The notes under the pieces were generated by a model. The model was not told the DNA's origin and did not search any database. It saw only the letters and a list, made by a program, of their open reading frames with translations. From an uncultured Eubacteriales bacterium (GTDB lineage: Bacteria; Bacillota_I; Bacilli_A; RF39; UBA660), in assembly GCA_900313345.1 (NCBI GenBank), contig OMQW01000053.1, positions 1-32,992 on the forward strand: DNA of 32,992 nt, given 5' to 3'. Positions within the stretch are counted from its first letter, which is position 1; each line of letters begins with the position of its first letter. The position numbers and the translations under genes were made by a program. This document shows, in pieces, positions 9,501-17,654 of the stretch.

Positions 9501-9507
9501 TTTGTTT

Positions 9508-10446
9508 ATGAAGAAGTTTATTTATACTTTAATATTTCTTCTATTATTAGTTTCATCAGTAATTCTTGTAAGAAGTAATAAAACTGTAAGCTATAAAGCA
9601 GATACTTCTACAAAAGACAAGATGATTAACACAACCGTATTACTAGATAGGAGTAATAAGAAAAAAGAAGAAAAAGAGGCTGAAGAAAAGGCCAAAGAGG
9701 AAGCCGAGAAAGAAGCAAAAGCTAAAGAGGAAGCTAGACAAAAAGAAATAGCAAGACTCGAAAAAATAGAAGAAGAAAAGAGAAAAGCTGCTGCTAAAAC
9801 AACTCAGGTAGTAAGGGAAACTGAGGTTGTAGGATCTCGTGCTTCCGGTTTAATAACCGATAATAACGTAAATCAAAAAGAAGAAAGTGTAACTCCACAA
9901 ATAGAAACGCCTAAAGAAATAAAAGTAGTAGCAAACAGTGAAAAAAGAGTATTTGATGGAGCTAAATTCTATGACAGATTAATGAGTTCTTATGGAACTG
10001 ATTGTTGTCGAGCTAATAATTATACTGATGAAGAAAAAGAAAGAGGACTTGCAGTATTAGGTCTTGGATTAACTGCAAGTGGATATCAATTTAAATATAA
10101 AGACATATGGTTCAATGCTGGAAGTTATGGTAATGTAAGAATGGTTGCAGCAGATCATGCTGGCCAAATTGACTTCCCTCTAGGAACAATAGTTAAGATA
10201 ACAGAAAAGATGGATGATGGTTCATACCAATCAATGAATGCAATTGTAATAGATCGTGGTGATAACAATATAGGACTAGACCCTAAGGAAAATGGAAGAA
10301 AAAGAAGAATCTTCGACTTAGTATCTGAAAATATGCTCGCTGCAGAATCATTTGGAGTACATAATCAAATAGATGTAGAAGTACTTCATACTGGTACTAA
10401 AGAAGATTTATATAACATAAGACATTATGGCCGTTTGGTGGGATAA
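9508..10446 (+). CDS. Secreted or membrane-anchored 3D-domain (MltA/YuiC-like double-psi beta-barrel) cell-wall hydrolase with a Lys/Glu-rich coiled-coil linker
   Basis: I prefer the ATG at 9508 (MKKFIYTLIFLLLLVSSVILV signal/anchor, SD sequence GAGGAGG) over the track TTG at 9457. The C-terminus has the GTIVKI...AIVIDRGDNNIG...RRIFDL pattern typical of 3D domains. A KE-rich segment spans aa ~50-95. Confidence 0.65.
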   Translation: MKKFIYTLIFLLLLVSSVILVRSNKTVSYKADTSTKDKMINTTVLLDRSNKKKEEKEAEEKAKEEAEKEAKAKEEARQKEIARLEKIEEEKRKAAAKTTQVVRETEVVGSRASGLITDNNVNQKEESVTPQIETPKEIKVVANSEKRVFDGAKFYDRLMSSYGTDCCRANNYTDEEKERGLAVLGLGLTASGYQFKYKDIWFNAGSYGNVRMVAADHAGQIDFPLGTIVKITEKMDDGSYQSMNAIVIDRGDNNIGLDPKENGRKRRIFDLVSENMLAAESFGVHNQIDVEVLHTGTKEDLYNIRHYGRLVG

Positions 10447-10450
10447 TATT

Positions 10451-11605
10451 ATGAAGTCGCATATGAAAAGAAATAAATTAATAATTGTAGTACTATTCGC
10501 TGCTTTTATGATTATAACAGTTTCTTTTTCATATACGATTTTATTGTATACAATGAAAGGTTATATTACTAATATAGTTACAACAAATGCCATTAATTTT
10601 ACATATCTAGAAGGAAATAATAATTTAACTATAGAAAATGCTATTCCAGTAAGTATGAAGTAGGAATGATAAATAATGATAATGTATTTTTATTTCAAGT
10701 AACTTATAATACAAAATTAAATGTAAATAGAACATACGAAGTAACAGCAGAAAAAGATGGAACATGTACACTATCAGATAAAGATATTAAACTTTATTTA
10801 GAAAAATGCACTGATAATAAAAATTTTGAAAAAGTAAGTAATCATCCAAACTATACACCATTAAGTGAAGATGATAGTTTTGGAGCAAAACAAAGTGAGA
10901 TGGTATTAGATATTCAAACTGTAAATGAACAAATAACCTACTACTATAAACTACTTATGTATTTAGATAATGATTATAGTGATAATTTACATGAAAGAGA
11001 GTATTAAATAAAAATAAATACATATGCTAAGGATATTGGTATTAAAAAACAAGAGAAAACTTATAATATAGGTGATAAAGTAAAGATAGATTTTGGTGAT
11101 GGTAAAGAAAATATTTTCTATGTTTTAGAAGATAAAGGAAAAACTTTAGATTTATTATATTATAGAAATATAACCGAATTTGGTAGTAGAAAAAACTATG
11201 ACACATGGTGATGCATTATCATACTTTTCAACAAATGAATATTTAGAATTTGCTAAAAGTTGGCAAGATAAAATAAATGCTATAAGATTACCAAGAGTTT
11301 CTCAAATAGCAAGTGCAGGCGGATTTGACAATTGGGATAATCTAAGTGGTTGATATGAATTTAAAAACAAAGTAAATACTAACTATTTATATAATTATTT
11401 ATCATCTTGTTATGACTATGGCTGTAGTAAAGAATTAGAAGGAGATAATGCAGCTTGGGGTTATTGATTAGAAGATATAGTTTCATCAAATAGCAATTAT
11501 TATATATTAACAGGAGCAGGAGGTATATCAGAAAATCTAGAATATTATGGATCATCTAATGGAGTAAGACCATTTATTAATATAAATAAAGACTTGCTGA
11601 ATTAA
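10451..11605 (+). pseudogene. Decayed first member of the three-copy membrane-anchored family, fused to a C-terminal lectin-like (DUF1566/Lcl-C-like) domain
   Basis: The track ORFs 10427-10663 and 10666-11007 align consecutively to the intact paralogue 11659-12405. They are joined by a frameshift at ~10650-10660. An in-frame TAA lies at 11005-11007, within Y*IKINTYAK (compare YFTIKIDVYGK). A second frameshift lies at the A6 run 11190-11195. The last segment is open to the TAA at 11603-11605 except for TGA codons at 11351-11353 and 11465-11467. Confidence 0.7.
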
Positions 11606-11607
11606 TA

Positions 11608-11636
11608 TTTACAAGTATTTAAATAATTGATAAAAT
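11608..11636 (+). promoter_or_regulatory. Candidate promoter TTTACA-N17-TAAAAT for the two intact paralogues
   Basis: The hexamers were read directly. An alternative TATAAT lies at 11643-11648. AT-rich sequence makes chance matches common. Confidence 0.3.
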
Positions 11637-11658
11637 TATAACTATAATAGAGGTCGCT

Positions 11659-12405
11659 ATGGAAAAGAATGAAAAAAAGATTGAAGAAATAAATAGTAAA
11701 AATATATTTTTAGTAGTTATATTATTATTCTTATTAGTAGTATTAGTAATAGGTGTAACATACCAAATATATATGTATACAGATAAAGGAACAAATATAT
11801 TAAATAAAATATTTGGAGGAGATCAAGATATTTTTAAAAATGGATCTGTTACTATAGTTTATACTGAAGGAGAAAATAAAGTTAAAATAGAAAATGCTCT
11901 ACCTATGACAGATAGTGAAGGTATGAGTATTAGAGATAATAATGAAATCATGGATTTTAGTATAAGTGTTAATATAACAAAAAATAGTAATGTATCATAT
12001 CAGGTAGTAGCACAAAAAGATAAAGAATCAACTCTTCCAGATGAAGCAATAAAAATATATTTACAAAGAAGTATAGATAATACTAAATTTGATGAAGAAG
12101 TATTAAAACCAAAATTATTTAAAGGTGTTACTGAAGAAAATGATTATGGTGTTCCACTAGGAGACATGGTAATAGATGAAGTAACTACTAATAAATCAGT
12201 AACATATTATTATAGACTTCGTATGTGGTTAGATGAAAACTATTTAATAGATAATTCATATAAATATTTTACTATTAAAATAGATGTTTATGGTAAAGGT
12301 CAAAGAGTTAGAGATAATAATACTGAAAATACTAAAGAAGTAAAAGATGAAGCTAAAGAAGAAAAAGTAATACAAAGTGAAAATAAAGTAGAGGAAAGTA
12401 AATAA
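11659..12405 (+). CDS. Membrane-anchored beta-rich protein, paralogue 2 of an unrecognised family, with a Lys/Glu-rich tail
   Basis: The SD sequence AGAGGT is present, and the N-terminal TM segment is IFLVVILLFLLVVLVIGV. Blocks shared with its neighbours include Y-TEG-N-[KL]-I-N--P--D-EG, I[KN][IL]YL[QE][RK]..DN and TYYYRL[RK][MI]W. Confidence 0.65.
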   Translation: MEKNEKKIEEINSKNIFLVVILLFLLVVLVIGVTYQIYMYTDKGTNILNKIFGGDQDIFKNGSVTIVYTEGENKVKIENALPMTDSEGMSIRDNNEIMDFSISVNITKNSNVSYQVVAQKDKESTLPDEAIKIYLQRSIDNTKFDEEVLKPKLFKGVTEENDYGVPLGDMVIDEVTTNKSVTYYYRLRMWLDENYLIDNSYKYFTIKIDVYGKGQRVRDNNTENTKEVKDEAKEEKVIQSENKVEESK

Positions 12406-12995
12406 TGAAGCTAGAGAAATACGTAATTGTAGTTATTGAATTATTCTTACTAATTGTAATGACAATTAGTATTTCTTTTGCAGCCTTTGATAACATATTT
12501 TATAAAAGAAAAATAAATACAAAAGCAACTATAACGGAAATATATAATGAAGGTAGTAATAAATTAACTATAACAGACTCATATCCACTAAGTGATATAG
12601 AGGGAATAAATAGTAATAGAAGTGAAAATGTTTTAAACTTCACTCTGGATATTAATATGGATAAAAATCATTTTATAGAATACATCTTATATTTAACTAA
12701 AGGGTATAATTCTACTATAAATGATAAAGATGTAAATATTTATTTAGAAAAAAGCTTAGATAATATTAATTATTATAAAGTAATGGATATTAGTCCTTAT
12801 AAAACGAATAATATATTTGGGAACTTTAAGATAAATAAAAATAATATGATACTAGAAGATTCTAAAGAATATAGTAATAAAACTTATTATTATAGATTAA
12901 AGATATGGCCTAAATTAAATTCTTATAAAACAAATAAAATTAAATATTTTACTGTCTCAGTAAATATGAAAGCTAAAGATTATTTAAAATCATAA
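12405..12995 (+). CDS. Membrane-anchored beta-rich protein, paralogue 3 of the same family
   Basis: It is coupled to the previous gene by a TAATG overlap. The TM segment is YVIVVIELFLLIVMTISISF. The conserved blocks are the same (IYNEGSNKLTITDSYPLSDIEG, NIYLEKSLDN, TYYYRLKIW). Confidence 0.65.
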   Translation: MKLEKYVIVVIELFLLIVMTISISFAAFDNIFYKRKINTKATITEIYNEGSNKLTITDSYPLSDIEGINSNRSENVLNFTLDINMDKNHFIEYILYLTKGYNSTINDKDVNIYLEKSLDNINYYKVMDISPYKTNNIFGNFKINKNNMILEDSKEYSNKTYYYRLKIWPKLNSYKTNKIKYFTVSVNMKAKDYLKS

Positions 12996-13054
12996 TGTAA
13001 ATAATCTTTTTTTTTATAACTAAATATTTTATAATAAAATGGTGGAGGATAAAT

Positions 13055-15220
13055 ATGAATGAAGTATTAATAAATAAAGTAGCAAGCGATAATAATATCA
13101 CCGCAAAACAAGTAGAAGCAGTGCTAAACATGCTTAGTGAAGGTGCAACAGTTCCATTCATAGCAAGATATCGTAAAGAAGCAACAGGTGCTCTTAAAGA
13201 AGATGAAATAAGAAAAATAGAAGAAGTATATAAATATGAAGAAAATCTATTAAATAGAAAAGAAGATGTAATAAGATTAATAGATGAAAAAGGACTTCTA
13301 ACTGATTTATTAAAAGATAAAATCTTAAAAGCAGAAAAATTAGTAGATGTAGAAGATTTATATAGACCATTTAAAGAGAAGAAAAAAACTAAAGCAAGTG
13401 AAGCAATAAAAAATGGTTTAGAGCCTCTTGCAAAGATGATAATGAGTTATCCAGTAAAAGGTAATATAGAAGAATTATGTAAAAAGTTTATTAATGAAAA
13501 TGTTAAGGATAAAGATAAGGCAGTAGAAGGAGCATCATATATTATTGCAGAATGGATAAGTGATAATGCTTTTTATAGAAAGTCTATTAGAAAACATACT
13601 TATTTAAATGGATTAATAACAACTAAGTTAAAAAAAGATGGTGATAAACTAGATGAAAATAAAGTATATGAAATGTACTATGACTTTAGTGAACCTGTTA
13701 AAGAAATAAAACCACATAGAATATTAGCAATTAATCGTGGTGAAAAAGAAAAAGTATTAAATGTCTCTATAGAATTAGAAGAAGATAAAATAATAGATTA
13801 TTTAGAAACAAGATTAAAAGTTAATGAAACAAATAGTTATACAAAAGATATTGTAATTAATGCTATTAAAGATAGTTATAAAAGATTGATAAAAGGATCT
13901 ATTGAAAGAGAAATAAGAAGTGATCTAACTGAAAAAGCAAGTATTGAAGCAATAAATAATTTTTCAGTTAACTTAGAAGCATTATTATTAACACCACCAA
14001 TGAAAGAAAGAGTTGTATTAGCATTTGACCCAGGTTACGTTAATGGTTGTAAACTAGCAGTAATAGATAAAACAGGTAAATACCTAGATAGTATGGTAGT
14101 TAAACCATTCTTAAATGGCAATACTGAAGAAAGAATAAAAGATGCTAAAAAAATAGTAGCAAATTTAATAAAAAAATATAATGTAGATATAATATCAATA
14201 GGTAATGGAACAGCATCACGTGAAAGTGAAAAATTATGTGCTGAAATGATTAGTGAATATAATCTAAATTGTAAATATGTAATAGTTAGTGAAGCAGGTG
14301 CATCTATTTATTCAGCATCCCCTTTAGCAAAAGAAGAATTTCCTGATTTAGCAATAGAAAAAAGAAGTGCAGTATCAATTGGTAGAAGATTACAAGATCC
14401 ATTATCAGAACTTGTAAAAATCCCACCAGAAGGAATCGGAGTAGGAATGTATCAACATGATGTTCCAGAAAAAGATTTAAAAGAATCTTTAGACTTTGTA
14501 GTAGAAAAATGTGTTAATAGTGTAGGAGTAAATATTAATACAGCAGGTATAGCAATATTAAAATATGTATCAGGACTAACTAAAAAATCAATCGAAAAAA
14601 TAATAGACTATAGAAATAAAAATGGAAAGATTAATTCACGAGAAGAATTAAAGAAAGAAAAGATTCTAACACCAAAAGCATATGAACAAGCTATAGGATT
14701 TTTAAAAGTTCAAGAAAGTAAAAATCCACTTGATAGAACATCAATCCATCCTGAAAGTTATAAAGTAGCAGAAAATCTCTTAGATAAACTAGGCATGACT
14801 AAAGAAAGTATTGGAACAAAAGAATTAATAGAAAAGTTAGAAAAAGTAGATAAAGAAAACTTAAAAGACGAATTAAAAACAGATATATATACACTAGAAG
14901 ATATAATTGAAAGTCTAAAGAAACCAAATCTAGATCCAAGAGATAATTATCCACAACCTATATTAAAAAGTAATGTATTAGATTTAAAAGACTTACATAT
15001 AGGTGATAAATTAGAAGGAACAGTAAGAAATGTTGTAGACTTTGGATTATTTATTGATATAGGTTTACATGAAGATGGTCTAGCACATATATCAAAACTA
15101 TCACATAATTATATTAAAAACCCAAGAGACTTATATAGTGTTGGTGATATCGTAACATGTTATGTAGATAATATAAATATAGATAAAAAGAAAGTAGCAT
15201 TAAGATTATTTAATGATTAA
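13055..15220 (+). CDS. tex: Tex-like transcription accessory protein (YqgF/RuvC-like, HhH and C-terminal S1 domains)
   Basis: The N-terminal motif TVPFIARYRKEATG is present, as is a YqgF-like core (FDPGYVNGCK, GNGTASRES). The C-terminal S1 domain is recognisable (GTVRNVVDFGLFIDIG...GLAHISKLS). Length is 721 aa. Confidence 0.9.
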   Translation: MNEVLINKVASDNNITAKQVEAVLNMLSEGATVPFIARYRKEATGALKEDEIRKIEEVYKYEENLLNRKEDVIRLIDEKGLLTDLLKDKILKAEKLVDVEDLYRPFKEKKKTKASEAIKNGLEPLAKMIMSYPVKGNIEELCKKFINENVKDKDKAVEGASYIIAEWISDNAFYRKSIRKHTYLNGLITTKLKKDGDKLDENKVYEMYYDFSEPVKEIKPHRILAINRGEKEKVLNVSIELEEDKIIDYLETRLKVNETNSYTKDIVINAIKDSYKRLIKGSIEREIRSDLTEKASIEAINNFSVNLEALLLTPPMKERVVLAFDPGYVNGCKLAVIDKTGKYLDSMVVKPFLNGNTEERIKDAKKIVANLIKKYNVDIISIGNGTASRESEKLCAEMISEYNLNCKYVIVSEAGASIYSASPLAKEEFPDLAIEKRSAVSIGRRLQDPLSELVKIPPEGIGVGMYQHDVPEKDLKESLDFVVEKCVNSVGVNINTAGIAILKYVSGLTKKSIEKIIDYRNKNGKINSREELKKEKILTPKAYEQAIGFLKVQESKNPLDRTSIHPESYKVAENLLDKLGMTKESIGTKELIEKLEKVDKENLKDELKTDIYTLEDIIESLKKPNLDPRDNYPQPILKSNVLDLKDLHIGDKLEGTVRNVVDFGLFIDIGLHEDGLAHISKLSHNYIKNPRDLYSVGDIVTCYVDNINIDKKKVALRLFND

Positions 15221-15229
15221 GGAGTAGTT

Positions 15230-15676
15230 ATGAAAGAAAGAGGATTTGAAGTAGTTTCAAAATATAATGAAAAAGAAATTAATTTACCAGTTAGATCAAC
15301 AAAGTATGCAGCAGGATATGATATAGAATGTTGTGAAGATACTATTATAGAAAAGGGAAAAATAAAATTAGTACCAACAGGTATAAAAGCTTATTGTCAA
15401 GATGATGAATATATTATGCTTGTAAATAGAAGTAGTAGTCCAAAGAAAAAAGGAATAGTACTAGCAAATGGTATAGGAATAGTTGATAAAGATTATTATA
15501 ATAATGAAAATAATGAAGGAGAAATATTCTTCCAGTTTATTAATATAACTGATGAAGATGTTCTAATAAAAAAAGGAGATAGAATAGGACAAGCCCTTTT
15601 TCAAAAATATTATTTAAGTGATAATGATGAAGCAACAGGAGATAGAACTGGTGGATTTGGATCTACTGGAAAATAA
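15230..15676 (+). CDS. dut: dUTP diphosphatase (trimeric dUTPase)
   Basis: The motifs AAGYDI, GIVDKDY, GDRIGQ and the C-terminal RTGGFGSTG are present. The SD sequence AAGGAG is present. Confidence 0.9.
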   Translation: MKERGFEVVSKYNEKEINLPVRSTKYAAGYDIECCEDTIIEKGKIKLVPTGIKAYCQDDEYIMLVNRSSSPKKKGIVLANGIGIVDKDYYNNENNEGEIFFQFINITDEDVLIKKGDRIGQALFQKYYLSDNDEATGDRTGGFGSTGK

Positions 15677-15719
15677 TATAATCATTTAAATAAATTTATG
15701 TTATAATAAATTTAAGAGT

Positions 15720-15747
15720 AAAAAGGGTTACATTTGTGACCCTTTTT
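15720..15747 (+). terminator. Rho-independent terminator after dut
   Basis: AAAAGGGTTAC-ATTT-GTGACCCTTTT forms an ~11-bp stem (one G-U pair) that ends in a T run. Confidence 0.7.
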
Positions 15748-15769
15748 GTGTATTCTAAGGAGAATTAAA

Positions 15770-17281
15770 GTGAGTAAGAATTACGTAGTTATATTATATG
15801 AAATAATTAATTTTGATAAAAAAAGAGGAATATATATATATAAACCAACTAAATACCTAGATAATTGTGATGTAAATATGAAAAATGATATAGCAACATC
15901 ACTAGAAGGTAAAAAATATTTTTCTATGTATGATTCAAGCGTACAAAGTGCAAAAGAAAGAGTATGCTATGGATTTCCATTATTATTTGAAGATTTAAAA
16001 AAAATATATAAAAGTGAAGGATTAAGCGATAAAGAACTATTAGATAGATATTATACATCTTTAGACAGTGATGTAATATTTGGTGTATATGATCCAATAG
16101 ATGATGAAATGAAATGTGTTCTAGCAGAAAAAGATAGAATAATTAATCAAAATTCTGATACTTGGATATATGATTTTTTCTATGAAGAAAAAGAACCAGA
16201 AGAATTTGACTTAAATAATGAAGAAATATTAGAGTTTGAAGATGAACCTCAAGTATTTATGAGTCTAGATACTGTAAAGCAAATAGAAATAGCACTTGAA
16301 AGTAATAAGGTACAAAGAGCAAAAGATTTCTTTAATGCTGTAATAAGAAGTTCAGAACAATTACCAGGACAAACATTAAAAGCAGAAATGCAAGAACAAA
16401 AAGAAGCAAAAACTATAGATGAGAAATTAAATAGCGTTAAAGATTCTTTAGATAAATTAAATAATTTAGTAGGACTAGAAAATGTAAAAAATGAAGTAAA
16501 TGATTTAGTAAACTTTTTAACATATTTAAATAAAGTAAAGGATGTAACCGAAATAAATAAACCAAACTTACATATGTTTTTTACAGGTAATCCAGGAACT
16601 GGCAAAACAACAGTTGCAAGAATAATCGCTGATATACTATATCAATTAGGATATACAGAAAATAAAAAATTTAAAGAAATAACTACTAAAGATTTAATAG
16701 GCGGATATGTTGGTCAAACAGCCATCAAAACAGGTAAAGTATTAAAAGAAGCTAAAGGTGGAGTAGTATTTATTGATGAAGCTTATAGTTTTGCAAGTGA
16801 AGCCCAAGAATTTGGTGATGAAGCTTTAGTAGAAATTATAAAAGAAATGGAAAAGAATGAAACTATCTTTATCTTTGCAGGATATAAAGATGAAATGGAA
16901 AAATTCATGAATAAAAATCCAGGACTAGCATCAAGGACAGGATATTACATAGACTATAGAGATTATAAAGATGAAGAATTATTACAAATGTTTATAAATA
17001 AAATAAATAGTAGTAAATTAAAACTAAATGAAGATGCCTATATAAATGTATTAGAAATAATTAATGAAGCTAAAAGAAATAAACACTTTGGAAATGGTAG
17101 ATTTATAGATAAATTATTTAATAAAGTAATAATTAAACATGCAACTAATACAATAGATAGTAATGATAAAGAAAAATTAATAACTATAACAAAAGAAGAT
17201 TTTCCAGATTCTATAAAAAAAGAATTAATATATAAAAATAGTGATCATCAAGAAATAGGATTTTCATATATTAAAAAATAA
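15770..17281 (+). CDS. AAA+ ATPase of the CbxX/CfxQ/SpoVK subfamily with an unrecognised ~240-aa N-terminal domain
   Basis: I prefer the GTG at 15770 (SD sequence AAGGAG at 15757-15762). The track start at 15746 lies inside the dut terminator. Walker A is GNPGTGKTTVAR, Walker B is VVFIDEAYSF, and GYKDEM...NPGLASR is typical of this subfamily. Confidence 0.8.
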   Translation: MSKNYVVILYEIINFDKKRGIYIYKPTKYLDNCDVNMKNDIATSLEGKKYFSMYDSSVQSAKERVCYGFPLLFEDLKKIYKSEGLSDKELLDRYYTSLDSDVIFGVYDPIDDEMKCVLAEKDRIINQNSDTWIYDFFYEEKEPEEFDLNNEEILEFEDEPQVFMSLDTVKQIEIALESNKVQRAKDFFNAVIRSSEQLPGQTLKAEMQEQKEAKTIDEKLNSVKDSLDKLNNLVGLENVKNEVNDLVNFLTYLNKVKDVTEINKPNLHMFFTGNPGTGKTTVARIIADILYQLGYTENKKFKEITTKDLIGGYVGQTAIKTGKVLKEAKGGVVFIDEAYSFASEAQEFGDEALVEIIKEMEKNETIFIFAGYKDEMEKFMNKNPGLASRTGYYIDYRDYKDEELLQMFINKINSSKLKLNEDAYINVLEIINEAKRNKHFGNGRFIDKLFNKVIIKHATNTIDSNDKEKLITITKEDFPDSIKKELIYKNSDHQEIGFSYIKK

Positions 17282-17334
17282 ATAATTTATATTTATATAT
17301 ATAAATAAAAATAGTTTCTTTTTTTAATAATATG

Positions 17335-17343
17335 TGTTATAAT
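17335..17343 (+). promoter_or_regulatory. Extended -10 promoter element TGTTATAAT upstream of the rimP-nusA-infB operon
   Basis: TGnTATAAT was read at 17335-17343. There is no good -35 element. Confidence 0.4.
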
Positions 17344-17354
17344 TAAAACCAAGA

Positions 17355-17388
17355 AAGGAGTGGGAATGTATCCCACTCTTTATGTTTG
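17355..17388 (+). terminator. Terminator-like hairpin in the leader of the rimP-nusA-infB operon; it could be an attenuator or the terminator of the AAA+ gene
   Basis: GAGTGGGA (17358-17365), a 5-nt loop and TCCCACTC (17371-17378) form the stem, extended by A-T pairs. An interrupted T tract, TTTATGTTT, follows. It lies downstream of the candidate -10 element. Confidence 0.5.
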
Positions 17389-17398
17389 AATGTGAGGT

Positions 17399-17650
17399 AT
17401 GTATATGAAAGAAGAAATAATTAAAGAAATAGACCCTAGTCTAGAAAACTTAAACGTACATATAAGTGATGTTTATGTTGAAAATGATGAAGGAGTAGAT
17501 AACTTAAATATTGAAGTTGACTCTGATGAAATAATTGATGTTGAAAAAATTACTGAAGTATCAAGAATTATTAATAAGAAGATTGATACAATGAATATTC
17601 CACTAGAAGGATATATACTTGATGTACATTCAAAGGAAAAAGGAGAATAG
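17399..17650 (+). CDS. rimP: Short RimP-like ribosome maturation factor (N-terminal domain only)
   Basis: Its position directly upstream of nusA fits rimP. The acidic N-domain pattern ends in GYILDVHS, which corresponds to the Y-x-LEVSSPG region of RimP. It is only 83 aa (an alternative start lies at 17405), and the stop codon is 4 nt before the nusA start. Confidence 0.55.
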   Translation: MYMKEEIIKEIDPSLENLNVHISDVYVENDEGVDNLNIEVDSDEIIDVEKITEVSRIINKKIDTMNIPLEGYILDVHSKEKGE

Positions 17651-17654
17651 TAAA

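Noticed and set aside
9421-9507. A cyclic-di-AMP (ydaO-type) or other riboswitch upstream of the wall-hydrolase gene
   Set aside because: Such riboswitches often precede cell-wall hydrolase genes, but the whole intergenic region is only 87 nt and contains one simple hairpin. That is too short for the known ydaO architecture, and I saw none of its conserved elements.
9640-9800. The Lys/Glu/Ala-rich stretch (KKKEEKEAEEKAKEEAEKEAKAKEEARQKE...) as a nucleotide-level tandem repeat
   Set aside because: It is compositionally biased coiled-coil linker sequence within the 3D-domain protein. I could not find a consistent DNA repeat unit.
11351-11467. The idea that the organism uses TGA=Trp (genetic code 4 or similar), prompted by two in-frame TGA codons at Trp-like positions
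   Set aside because: Every long, well-conserved ORF in the window (prkC, tex, infB, the P-type ATPase, nusA and others) uses TGG for Trp and has no in-frame TGA. In an AT-rich code-4 genome TGA would dominate. The same gene also carries a TAA and two frameshifts, so ordinary pseudogene decay explains the TGA codons.
17281-17330. AT-only palindromes (for example ATTTATAT...ATATAAAT), here and in other intergenic regions such as 30722-30748, considered as terminators or operator sites
   Set aside because: Stems made only of A-T pairs arise by chance in DNA this AT-rich and would be thermodynamically marginal. They are not reported as features.
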